From Verrucomicrobiota bacterium (GTDB taxonomy: Bacteria; Verrucomicrobiota; Verrucomicrobiia; Limisphaerales; JADLHS01), in NCBI GenBank assembly GCA_031384405.1, contig JANNAO010000188.1:1-32993 (forward strand): a DNA stretch of 32,993 nt, read 5' to 3'. The notes beneath the pieces were generated by a model. It saw only the letters and a list, made by a program, of their open reading frames with translations, had not been told where the DNA came from and ran no database searches. Shown here one piece after another: positions 16,700 to 24,436 of this stretch; the first letter of the stretch is position 1, and every line of letters starts with the position of its first letter. Position numbers and translations under genes: made by a program.

Positions 16700-17494
16700 T
16701 CACTGCGGAATGGGAACCGGCGTTTTTTTCTGGTTCGATTTCGCCAACACTACAACTTCCGTCTTTGTGATGGCAACGATATTGTAATCTTCGCCACCAA
16801 ATTTAAGCGCGCCACCGACGCGTTGATTCAGCCACGGGGGACGATTCTCCAGCGGATATCTCAAATCCACCGTGTATCCATCCACGCGTTTGAAAGGTTT
16901 TTCTTTCGAGACGCTGACCAACTCTCCGCCTTCCACCAACTCAACCACCACTTCGGTCGGCGCATCCACCGGGCCTTTGACTTCACGTAAAACAAACACT
17001 TCGTTCTTCTCGTCCTTCTTGGAGACAAACGGCTTTCTGCCACGATTAGATGCCTTCGCCGCCGCTTCACGCTCCACATACATCACATACCGGGTGCCGC
17101 TGTCGGTAGTGCTCACGGAATCGAGTGTGATGGTTAGATGGAGCGGACGCTGATTCGTCACGATGAGCGCTCCCGGCCCGGTTTCGTCACCGGTCACGAT
17201 CTTGAAGATCGTTCCATCAGCCTTCTTCTGCCACAGCATCGGATTCAACACTTTGTTGGTGGTGGACAAATCCACAACTCCCGCTGTGGATAATCTCGTG
17301 AAGCGCGCCTGTTGCGTGGAGATGTTCAAAGGAAGAATCTCCTTGGCTGGGCGGTTGATGATCTCGCTGGCCTGTTGCTCCAGCGCGGTGCGCTCGCTGG
17401 GCACCATCACCAGCATCATGACCGCGATGACCACCAGCACGAGTAACACAATGCCGAGGATGATCTTTTCGTAATGTTTTTTGAGCAAGTCCAT
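16700..17494 (-). CDS. single-pass membrane protein of unknown function, in the PilP position of the pilus-like cluster
   Basis: ATG lies 4 nt after the stop of the upstream gene. N-terminal TM helix IILGIVLLVLVVIAVMMLVMV. No named motif; the assignment rests on gene order only (between the PilO-position gene and the secretin). Confidence 0.75.
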   Translation of the reverse strand: MDLLKKHYEKIILGIVLLVLVVIAVMMLVMVPSERTALEQQASEIINRPAKEILPLNISTQQARFTRLSTAGVVDLSTTNKVLNPMLWQKKADGTIFKIVTGDETGPGALIVTNQRPLHLTITLDSVSTTDSGTRYVMYVEREAAAKASNRGRKPFVSKKDEKNEVFVLREVKGPVDAPTEVVVELVEGGELVSVSKEKPFKRVDGYTVDLRYPLENRPPWLNQRVGGALKFGGEDYNIVAITKTEVVVLAKSNQKKTPVPIPQ

Positions 17495-17498
17495 GAGA

Positions 17499-18545
17499 CT
17501 ACTTTTGGGGAGGCAACAATTTGACGACGTGGATCAGAACCGTGATCCGCAACTCCTTTTCCTTCAGGAACGGTTGCAAACCACTTTTTGAACCCAGTGG
17601 GGCGATAGGTTGAGCCACGGGCGCGGCTTGGCCGTAGGGACTTCGGTAACCACCGGCACCAGCACCGCCGTAACGATTCGCAAACGCTCCACCGGGCCGG
17701 CCTCCCTCTTCACCAAGACCACCACGAGGATAAGCTGGCACCGCGACAGGTTGCTGATAATAGACCGGAGTTACAGCCGCCAAATCCGACATCGCCGATG
17801 CGGGCGCGGCCTCGCTGTTGATGGCCTTGACCAACAATCCGTAGGGCGACCGCGCAAATCCAGCCAACACACCCGCAAGTTCCGGCGTGAAGCAACGGAA
17901 TGTCACCTCATACGGCGTGACGATTGATAGCTCATTGGTCGTGGACGACAGATCGAGATAGTCCGTCGGCGTGCCTGCGAGATCATCGGGTGACCCCGGA
18001 ACGCGCTCGCGCCGGATGCCTTCGAGAGAATTTATCTTGGCCTCATTCAATACGTCGCAGATGACCTTCACTTCACCGAGTTGAACGGCCAGCGGCTGCA
18101 ACGTCCCCTCCGCGAACTTCACCAAGCCCGCCTGTTTCTCGAATGAAAAATTATACTTCGGCGGCAGGATGACGCTGTTGTTGGTGGCACCCCGTTGGAG
18201 ATCGCTGATCGTGTCTTGCAACACAGCTTTGTAATCTTTGGAAGCGATGTTCGTCCCTTCGGGCAACGCAGGAATGGATTGGAGGCGCGTTCCGAGTTTG
18301 GTCAGAAAGGCCTGAGCTTCCTTTTGCTGCTCTTTGGCCCGTTCGATGTTATTGACCTTGCCTTCACCGGGCGACGGATTCAGCCCTTTCAGGCGTTTCA
18401 ATTCGCTGTAGCCTTCGGACAATTTGGTGGTCTGTTCAGAGCTATTTTGCCAGCCAGAAAAACTATACCAGCCAGCCAAGCCCATGAGCACCAGTGCTAC
18501 GACAGCACCGATGACGAACACTAGATTTCGTTTGATCCAGTCCAT
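17499..18545 (-). CDS. Amuc_1100-like / PilO-position pilus-cluster protein
   Basis: N-terminal TM helix (LVFVIGAVVALVLMGLAGWY), then a coiled-coil-like segment. VTPYEVTFRCFTPELAGVLAGFARSPYGLLVKAINS and the C-terminal QPFLKEKELRITVLIHVVKLLPP resemble, from my memory of the Akkermansia Amuc_1100 sequence, PMPLEIAFQGDRESVLKAMNAITG...FTVNSIRI and KPYMGKEQVFVQVSLNLVHFNQP. A G/A/P-rich insert sits at aa 246-318. Confidence 0.75.
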   Translation of the reverse strand: MDWIKRNLVFVIGAVVALVLMGLAGWYSFSGWQNSSEQTTKLSEGYSELKRLKGLNPSPGEGKVNNIERAKEQQKEAQAFLTKLGTRLQSIPALPEGTNIASKDYKAVLQDTISDLQRGATNNSVILPPKYNFSFEKQAGLVKFAEGTLQPLAVQLGEVKVICDVLNEAKINSLEGIRRERVPGSPDDLAGTPTDYLDLSSTTNELSIVTPYEVTFRCFTPELAGVLAGFARSPYGLLVKAINSEAAPASAMSDLAAVTPVYYQQPVAVPAYPRGGLGEEGGRPGGAFANRYGGAGAGGYRSPYGQAAPVAQPIAPLGSKSGLQPFLKEKELRITVLIHVVKLLPPQK

Positions 18546-18546
18546 G

Positions 18547-20439
18547 TTAATGTTTCAAAGGCTTTTTGAGTGCGAGGGTGATGCCGAAACTGAATGTGCC
18601 CGTGGCTTCATCTTCAACGATTGACGGGTCAAGCTGTGTGCCAGCCGCGTCCACCAATTGACTGGCCGTCAGTTCAGCGTGAACGGCGTAGGCAATCTTG
18701 CTGTTTGCGGACGAAATTTGTTTCAGACTCACGCCACGAAACGACAGCTTGATCGTGCCCACCGCGTTTGTGATCGCTGTGCCATCGGCAGCAACGGCAG
18801 GCGCAGCCGCGCCTGCATACGCTCCATACGGACTCGGGCGCCCTTCTTCTTCAGCCATAGCGCGGCCTGGCATTGCACCACCATAGCGAGCACGGAATTG
18901 CGCGTCCATTTCAGGACTTAGGACGGGAGACGTCGCCCCGACACCTCCGCCAGCGGGTGCCGATGACCCGGTTGTGGAATATGAATTCAACGACTCAATC
19001 CATACGCCCGTGTCTGTCCCGAACTCACGCTTCGTGCCTTCTTCGGCCCGGATCAACGCCGCACGAACTTCGCGCAAAACATCCGCCCACATGTAACGCT
19101 CTTCCAGCCACTGCGAATACTGATCCGCATTAGCCGTGATCTTTTCCAGATCACCGTAGGCGCGCTTGAAGCTCTGCTCCTTAGACTGCAACTGAGTGAT
19201 TGTCGGTTGAATCTTCTCCAACTGATCTTTCTTCACCGTGGCCAGCTTGTTGAACAGAAATCCCACCGCCAACGCCATCAACGCCAGACTCGCCAGCGTC
19301 GCGATGAAATACGGCTTCTTCTGGTTGAAACTCTGCCAGCGCAGCGTGCTTTCCGGCATCAAGTTCAACTCCACCGGACAGTTCGCCATGTTGCGAAGTC
19401 CCAACCCGACGACTTCGCCGAGCGAATGAGCCACGCGGGAGAGTTCTTCCAGATTCACACCCGGATCAATCTGCACGTTGCGGAATGGATTGAAGTATTC
19501 CACCGGCACACTCAGCTTTTCCGCAAAGAATTGCGCCGTGTAAGGCATGATGGCCGCGCCGCCAGACAAGAACAACCGCTGCGGAGCGGTGCCGCCTTGT
19601 TGTCCGCGATAAAACTGCATGGTCTGGTTGACCTGAATGTGCAGACGCGTCATGAACTGCCGCGCGATCTTGGAAATCGCCGCCTGATGCTGATTCTCCG
19701 GCTCTTCATACGCGCCACCGAGACTGACAAAACCCTCATCAACCTTAATCTTGTCCGCCATGTCGAACTTCAACTTGGCTTCGTTCGCAAAATCCTGAGT
19801 GATGGAGTTCGCGCCGAGATTGATGCTGCGGGCGAAAACTTTTCCCTTCTCGAAGAACAGCAGATTGCTCGTCTTCGCGCCGATATCGAGCAACATGGTG
19901 CAATCTTCCAGCTCGCCGTAGTTGAAACGGAACGAATTGCACAACGCCGCAGGCGACACATCGCAAATCTGCAACTGCAATCCGCTCGCCGACGCCGTGC
20001 GGAACAATCCCTCCACGATGTCCGACTTGATCGCCACCAACAGCACTTCCAGCTCGCCACCGGCAGTCGTGCCGAGGATTTGATAATCCCAGACCACTTC
20101 CGCCAACGGGAACGGCACATTCTGCTGCGCCTCGTATTGGATGATCTGCGTGACCTTGCTCGCCTCGACGGGTGGCAACTTCACGAACTTGGAAAACACA
20201 TGGAAACCCGGCGCGCAGACATTGATGTCCTTGGCTTTGATGCCAAGGGACGAGATGAGTTCCTGAAGCGTCTTGAGGATGAGAGTCTCGCGTTTGGTTT
20301 CCTGCGAGCCTTCAAGACCAAGCGACTTGATGGCGTATTGCTTGAGCACAAGCCCGCCCGCCTCGTTCGTTTCGAACTCGGCCAGCTTGAGGCTGCCTGC
20401 GCCAAAATCCACTGCCAAAAATGAATTGCTATTAAGCAT
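18547..20439 (-). CDS. pilM: type IV pilus assembly PilM (actin-like ATPase fold) fused to a PilN-like transmembrane/periplasmic region
   Basis: N-terminus FLAVDFGAGSLKLAEF, then LLDIGAKTSNLLFF and LFLSGGAAIMP (actin/FtsA-like phosphate motifs as in PilM). At aa ~357 comes LNLMPES (the PilN-type INLLP start), then TM helix YFIATLASLALMALAVGFLF, a coiled coil and a C-terminal domain. The stop lies 1 nt before the next gene's start. Confidence 0.85.
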   Translation of the reverse strand: MLNSNSFLAVDFGAGSLKLAEFETNEAGGLVLKQYAIKSLGLEGSQETKRETLILKTLQELISSLGIKAKDINVCAPGFHVFSKFVKLPPVEASKVTQIIQYEAQQNVPFPLAEVVWDYQILGTTAGGELEVLLVAIKSDIVEGLFRTASASGLQLQICDVSPAALCNSFRFNYGELEDCTMLLDIGAKTSNLLFFEKGKVFARSINLGANSITQDFANEAKLKFDMADKIKVDEGFVSLGGAYEEPENQHQAAISKIARQFMTRLHIQVNQTMQFYRGQQGGTAPQRLFLSGGAAIMPYTAQFFAEKLSVPVEYFNPFRNVQIDPGVNLEELSRVAHSLGEVVGLGLRNMANCPVELNLMPESTLRWQSFNQKKPYFIATLASLALMALAVGFLFNKLATVKKDQLEKIQPTITQLQSKEQSFKRAYGDLEKITANADQYSQWLEERYMWADVLREVRAALIRAEEGTKREFGTDTGVWIESLNSYSTTGSSAPAGGGVGATSPVLSPEMDAQFRARYGGAMPGRAMAEEEGRPSPYGAYAGAAAPAVAADGTAITNAVGTIKLSFRGVSLKQISSANSKIAYAVHAELTASQLVDAAGTQLDPSIVEDEATGTFSFGITLALKKPLKH

Positions 20440-20853
20440 CGCGTTTCTTCGCCAACCGGGTTTTTTCGCCGCCTTGCGTACACAACAGAAGGAAGCCCGC
20501 GTTGGTTAACGGAATTAACCAGAAGGGTCAAACAGAAAAAGCTTTTCCGTGCAAATCTTCTGCAATAATTCCGCTCTCTCAAACTCCGCAACAACCGACG
20601 TGAGTCGGCTCAACCATTCGGAAACTCAGAGCGAACTGATATTCGCCGCTACGTTCTGAAAGAAACGCTTCCCGAAAGTGATTATAGGTTTGATCCGACA
20701 AACACCATCTTCGCGCATTCCTTCATCCCCTCACGCCATCCATTCGCTCGCCCAAAATCGCGCCCGCACCTTTCACTCGTTTTTTCGGCGAGGTTTGAGG
20801 CAATTCAAGCTTGCCAATCGGAGCATCGCCCGGCATCGTTTCCGCCCGTTAGT

Positions 20854-20928
20854 GCGTGGTTAGCTCAGTGGTAGAGCATTACCTTGACACGGTAGGGGTC
20901 ACAGGTTCGAACCCTGTACCGCGCACCA
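20854..20928 (+). tRNA. tRNA-Val: tRNA-Val, anticodon GAC, CCA encoded
   Basis: Folded by hand: acceptor GCGTGGT/ACCGCGC (one G-U), D arm GCTC-AGTGGTA-GAGC, anticodon arm TTACC-TTGACAC-GGTAG, variable loop GGGTC, T arm ACAGG-TTCGAAC-CCTGT, discriminator A, CCA. Total 75 nt. Confidence 0.93.
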
Positions 20929-21050
20929 TCTTCAGACCAGACTCCGAACACGGAAACTCCCCAGAGCGGAGGCTCGTCGCAACGTAATTTTTCCAACACA
21001 CCGCCAAACCATGCCTCAGACCTCGTGCTTCTTTTGCAATTCGGGTTCGG

Positions 21051-21296
21051 TCACTGACGTTCGTATTCGCCTTTGCCGAGCCGCTTGAGCACGGTGAATC
21101 CGGCTTTCTTGGCGTCAGAAACGGAGAGTGGCTTGAGCTTCATCGGGGAACTGAAGGATGAAAAAACTTTCCGCACGGGCTTCTTGCACGCGGGACAATT
21201 CGTCAGCGGCTTGGCGGATAGCGGACGGTTCAACGTGAATTTCCCGCCGCACACTGTGCAGTCGCCGTCGCATAATTCGTATTCGTAGATAGGCAT
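21051..21296 (-). CDS. FmdB-family zinc-ribbon protein
   Basis: Track ORF 21051..21476 trimmed to the ATG at 21296. MPIYEYELCDGDCTVCGGKFTLNRPLSAKPLTNCPACKKPVRKVFS matches the MPxYEY...CxxC...CPxC pattern of the FmdB family. The upstream extension overlaps the divergent gene. Confidence 0.8.
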   Translation of the reverse strand: MPIYEYELCDGDCTVCGGKFTLNRPLSAKPLTNCPACKKPVRKVFSSFSSPMKLKPLSVSDAKKAGFTVLKRLGKGEYERQ

Positions 21297-21432
21297 ACCG
21301 TTCGTTATCACAGTCAGAAGTCTGACGCTCAAAGTCAATCGTGCAGGAATCTGCGGAGTCATCCGCTCCGGCGTGAACATGAAAATGTATCTGTCAGCCC
21401 CAACTGAGCGTGACAGCATGTATGCCGACTCA

Positions 21433-24174
21433 ATGAAGGTTTTACCGATCCTGATCTTAACTTGTCTGCTCACCATTGCCCGCGTGTCCAGCGCGACGGT
21501 GGTGGATGCTGACGTCGTAGTTTATGGCGCGACGTCCGGCGGCGTCTCCGCTGCCGTGGCCGCCGCGCGTCTTGGCAAATCCGTCGCCCTGCTCTCGCTC
21601 AACAATCACGTCGGCGGCATGACCGCCAGCGGGCTTGGCGTCACAGACATAGGGCCGGGCAATGACACGAGTTACGTCACCGGCATTTCGCGGGAGTTCT
21701 ACAAACGCGTCGGAGCTGTTTATGGTTCGAGCAATCTCGTCATCTGGTTCGAGCCGAAAGTGGCGGAGGGAGTTTTCTGGCAGATGCTCGCCGAGGCGGG
21801 CGTGACGGTTTATTCCAACAAACTTCTCGCGACGACGACGATGGTGAGCAATCGCATCACGCAGATCACGATGGAGGACGGAACAATTTTTCGCGGGAAA
21901 CAATTCATTGATACAACTTACGAAGGCGACTTGATTGCGGCGGCGGGCGTCACGTTCACCTGGGGGCGCGAAGGGACGAACACTTACAACGAATCTCTCG
22001 CGGGCATCCGCGCGCTTGGCGGGACTTACAGTTACGATCCGCATGTCGTGCCGGGAAATCCTGCGAGCGGTTTGCTGCCGCACGTCCAGACGAACACTGG
22101 CGGCAATGTCGGTGATGGCGACAAGCGGCTTCAGGCTTACAACTTCCGCCTCTGCCTCACGCAAAACACCACGAACAAAATCGCGATCACCGCGCCCACG
22201 AATTATTCGGAAGCGAACTACGAGTTGTTCAAACGTTACGTGAATGCGCGCGCAGCGGCTCAAGGTTCCGTCTCGCTCAGTTCGCTCATCCATATCCAGA
22301 CGATCATTCCGAACGGCAAGACGGACATCAACGCCAACGGCGAACTCTCCACCGATTGGGTCGGCTACAATTACACTTGGGCCACGAACACCTACGCCGG
22401 TCGCGAACAGATCCGCGCTGCGCACGAGAATTACATTCGCGGCCTGCTCTACTTTTATCAGACGAGCACGGGCATCCCGGCGAACTTGAATACGGAAGCG
22501 CAATCGTGGGGACTCGCGGCGGATGAGTTCACCGACAACGGCGGTTGGCCGTGGCAAATCTACGTCCGCGAAGGTCGCCGCATGGTGAGCGATTACATCA
22601 TGACTCAATCCAACTGCGAAGCGCGCGTCACTGCGCCGGACGGTATCGCGTTGGCGCGTTACCACATTGATTCGCATGGCGTGCAACGGCTGGTTTCCGG
22701 CGGACTCTCTCGATGGGAAGGCAGCATTGGCGGAACGCCGCCGTATCCGTATCCGATCAGCTATCGCTCCATCGTGCCGCGCAGCAACGAATGTCAAAAC
22801 GTGTTCGCCACGTTCGCGCTCTCGGCAAGTCATGTGGCGTTCGCGTCGTGTCGCATGGAGCCGGTGTTCATGATGTCGAGTCACGCGGCGGGTGTGGCGG
22901 CGGCGTTTGCGATTGATGACAACGTTGCGGTGCAGCAGGTGAGTTATGCCAAACTTTCTGCGCAACTTCGCGCGGATGGACAGTTGCTGACGTGGGCTGC
23001 GGCCACGTCATCAACGAACGGAATCATTCTCGATGAGAACAATTCGGGCGCAACAAACTCTGCGGGTTGGGTACTGGGCGCGAACGCTGGCGGTTGGGGA
23101 AATCCCACAGATTATTTCCACGACAACGCCAGCGGCAAAGGCACGAAGTGGGTCACCTACACACCGTCGTTGCCCACGAACGGCACTTACGAAGTTTATC
23201 TCTGGTGGGTCGAATCCTCGAACCGCGCCACGAACACGCCGGTGGACGTGATCCATCCCGCAGGCACAAACCGCGTTCTCGTGAATCAAAAACTTACGAG
23301 CGGCGGCTGGTTCAAAATCATGACCACCAACTTCAACGCAGGCACAAGCGGACAAGTCATCATCCGCAACGACAACACGGCGGCGGGAACGTATGTCATC
23401 GCGGACGGCGTGCGCTTCCTCGGTATCGGCGGCGCCGCGCAAACGTCGCCGGTGACGATTGATCTCGTGGCAAGCGACGCCGTGGCAGGTGAATTTCCCA
23501 CCAACTCCGGTCGCTTTGTTTTCGTCCGCAGCGGCGATACGAACTCAGTCATCTCGATCAACTACACGGCCAGCGGGAGCGCGATTCCAAGCGTGGATTA
23601 CTCCGCATTGTCCGGCAGCGTGGTGCTGGCATCCGGCGCGATGGCCACAAATGTTTTTGTGACTCCTTTTCTCGATACGCTGGCTGAAGGCGACGAAACT
23701 GTGACGCTTAATCTGAGCGCATCGCCAAATTACACCGTCACCACACTGACCAACGCGACATTGCTGCTGAGAGATCGCCCGCTCGATGCGTGGCGCAAAG
23801 CGAACTTCACCACGCCCGAACTTGCCGATCCCGCCATCAGCGGCGACCTCGCGAATCCAGATGGTGATAGTTTTGCGAACCTGATGGATTACGTGCTCGG
23901 CCTCGCGCCCAAAACTGCTGACCTCAATCCGCTCTCTCCGCGCATCGAAACGAATCAACTCACGATCACCTACACTAAATCGAAGTCTGCGACGGATGTT
24001 TTGCTGACGCTGGAAAAGTCCGACGACCTCATCACCTGGAACAGCAGCCCCGCGTTGTTCCAACAAGTGAGCGTGGCCGATCTTGGAGACACGGAGCAGA
24101 TCACCGTGCGTTTGGTTTCGACCATCAGCGCTTCGGCGACTTCATACATCCGTCTCAGAGCGACGCGGCTGTGA
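21433..24174 (+). CDS. secreted FAD-dependent oxidoreductase-family protein (Xly / 'xanthan lyase'-annotated type) with CBD-like, Calx-beta and C-terminal tail domains
   Basis: Start moved to the ATG at 21433, where signal peptide MKVLPILILTCLLTIARVSSA begins (the track start is 21373). Dinucleotide-binding motif VVVYGATSGGVSAAVAAARLGKSVALLSLNNHVGGM. Mid-region GWVLGANAGGWGNPTDYFHD...YEVYLWW...GGWFKI...VIADGVRF. Calx-beta-like VDYSALSGSVVLASGAMATNVFVTPFLDTLAEGDETVTLNL. NPDGDSFANLMDY, then a tail ending SYIRLRATRL. Confidence 0.85.
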   Translation: MKVLPILILTCLLTIARVSSATVVDADVVVYGATSGGVSAAVAAARLGKSVALLSLNNHVGGMTASGLGVTDIGPGNDTSYVTGISREFYKRVGAVYGSSNLVIWFEPKVAEGVFWQMLAEAGVTVYSNKLLATTTMVSNRITQITMEDGTIFRGKQFIDTTYEGDLIAAAGVTFTWGREGTNTYNESLAGIRALGGTYSYDPHVVPGNPASGLLPHVQTNTGGNVGDGDKRLQAYNFRLCLTQNTTNKIAITAPTNYSEANYELFKRYVNARAAAQGSVSLSSLIHIQTIIPNGKTDINANGELSTDWVGYNYTWATNTYAGREQIRAAHENYIRGLLYFYQTSTGIPANLNTEAQSWGLAADEFTDNGGWPWQIYVREGRRMVSDYIMTQSNCEARVTAPDGIALARYHIDSHGVQRLVSGGLSRWEGSIGGTPPYPYPISYRSIVPRSNECQNVFATFALSASHVAFASCRMEPVFMMSSHAAGVAAAFAIDDNVAVQQVSYAKLSAQLRADGQLLTWAAATSSTNGIILDENNSGATNSAGWVLGANAGGWGNPTDYFHDNASGKGTKWVTYTPSLPTNGTYEVYLWWVESSNRATNTPVDVIHPAGTNRVLVNQKLTSGGWFKIMTTNFNAGTSGQVIIRNDNTAAGTYVIADGVRFLGIGGAAQTSPVTIDLVASDAVAGEFPTNSGRFVFVRSGDTNSVISINYTASGSAIPSVDYSALSGSVVLASGAMATNVFVTPFLDTLAEGDETVTLNLSASPNYTVTTLTNATLLLRDRPLDAWRKANFTTPELADPAISGDLANPDGDSFANLMDYVLGLAPKTADLNPLSPRIETNQLTITYTKSKSATDVLLTLEKSDDLITWNSSPALFQQVSVADLGDTEQITVRLVSTISASATSYIRLRATRL

Positions 24175-24229
24175 GTTGCGGGACTTTCAAATTGCGTTCG
24201 GATTTTGAGCCGCGCATATTTCAAGCGTT

Positions 24230-24436
24230 ATGAGCGATCGAGAACTTGTCATCAACGCCGTCAAAGACATGCCGGAGAATACTTCGATGAAAGATATTTT
24301 GATTTCATTGAAGTTGCTCACCTCTATCAATCAAGGATTGGATGATACGCGGTGTGGCGCAGTGACTGCCCATGAGGATGTCGTCAAACTATTGGAAACA
24401 TGGATTACAAAATCGTCTGGACGAACCGCAGCCTGA
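24230..24436 (+). CDS. putative antitoxin of a ParE/RelE-type TA pair
   Basis: 68-aa ORF directly upstream of, and overlapping by 37 nt, a ParE-like toxin start. C-terminal INQGLDDTRCGAVTAHEDVVKLLETW resembles the ...GLxDxxxGRxxxHEEVxxxLxxW ends of ParE-partner antitoxins. Lower GC than surroundings (24, 28 and 26 G+C in three consecutive 60-nt lines). Confidence 0.65.
   Translation: MSDRELVINAVKDMPENTSMKDILISLKLLTSINQGLDDTRCGAVTAHEDVVKLLETWITKSSGRTAA

Noticed and set aside
19207-20424. 405-aa plus-strand ORF opposite pilM/N
   Set aside because: Arg/Leu/His-rich antisense shadow (MNLLQLIFLHRGQLVEQKSHRQRHQRQTRQRRDE...). The minus-strand frame carries clear PilM motifs.
20440-20853. c-di-GMP (GEMM) or another known riboswitch upstream of the pilus-like cluster
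   Set aside because: I could not find the conserved GEMM-I core features on either strand by eye. A covariance-model scan would be needed to exclude it properly.
20181-20863. Track ORFs 20181..20594 (minus), 20273..20509 (plus) and 20678..20863 (plus) in the pilM-tRNA gap
   Set aside because: They have an Arg/Ser-rich composition. The first overlaps the pilM 5' end and the last runs into the tRNA-Val gene. Nothing supports coding.
20854-21050. tRNA-Val as the attachment site of a genomic island
   Set aside because: There is no integrase, phage or plasmid gene next to it. I noticed no direct repeat of the tRNA 3' end elsewhere in the window, although I could not scan exhaustively.
21297-21476. 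N-terminal 60-codon extension of the FmdB zinc-ribbon ORF, and the 21373 start of the FAD enzyme ORF
   Set aside because: FmdB-family proteins begin MPxYEY, which is at 21296. The FAD enzyme's signal peptide begins at the ATG at 21433. The extensions would make the two divergent genes overlap.
21457-22965. 502-aa minus-strand ORF opposite the FAD enzyme gene
   Set aside because: Extremely Arg-rich antisense shadow. The plus-strand frame has the dinucleotide-binding motif and a signal peptide.
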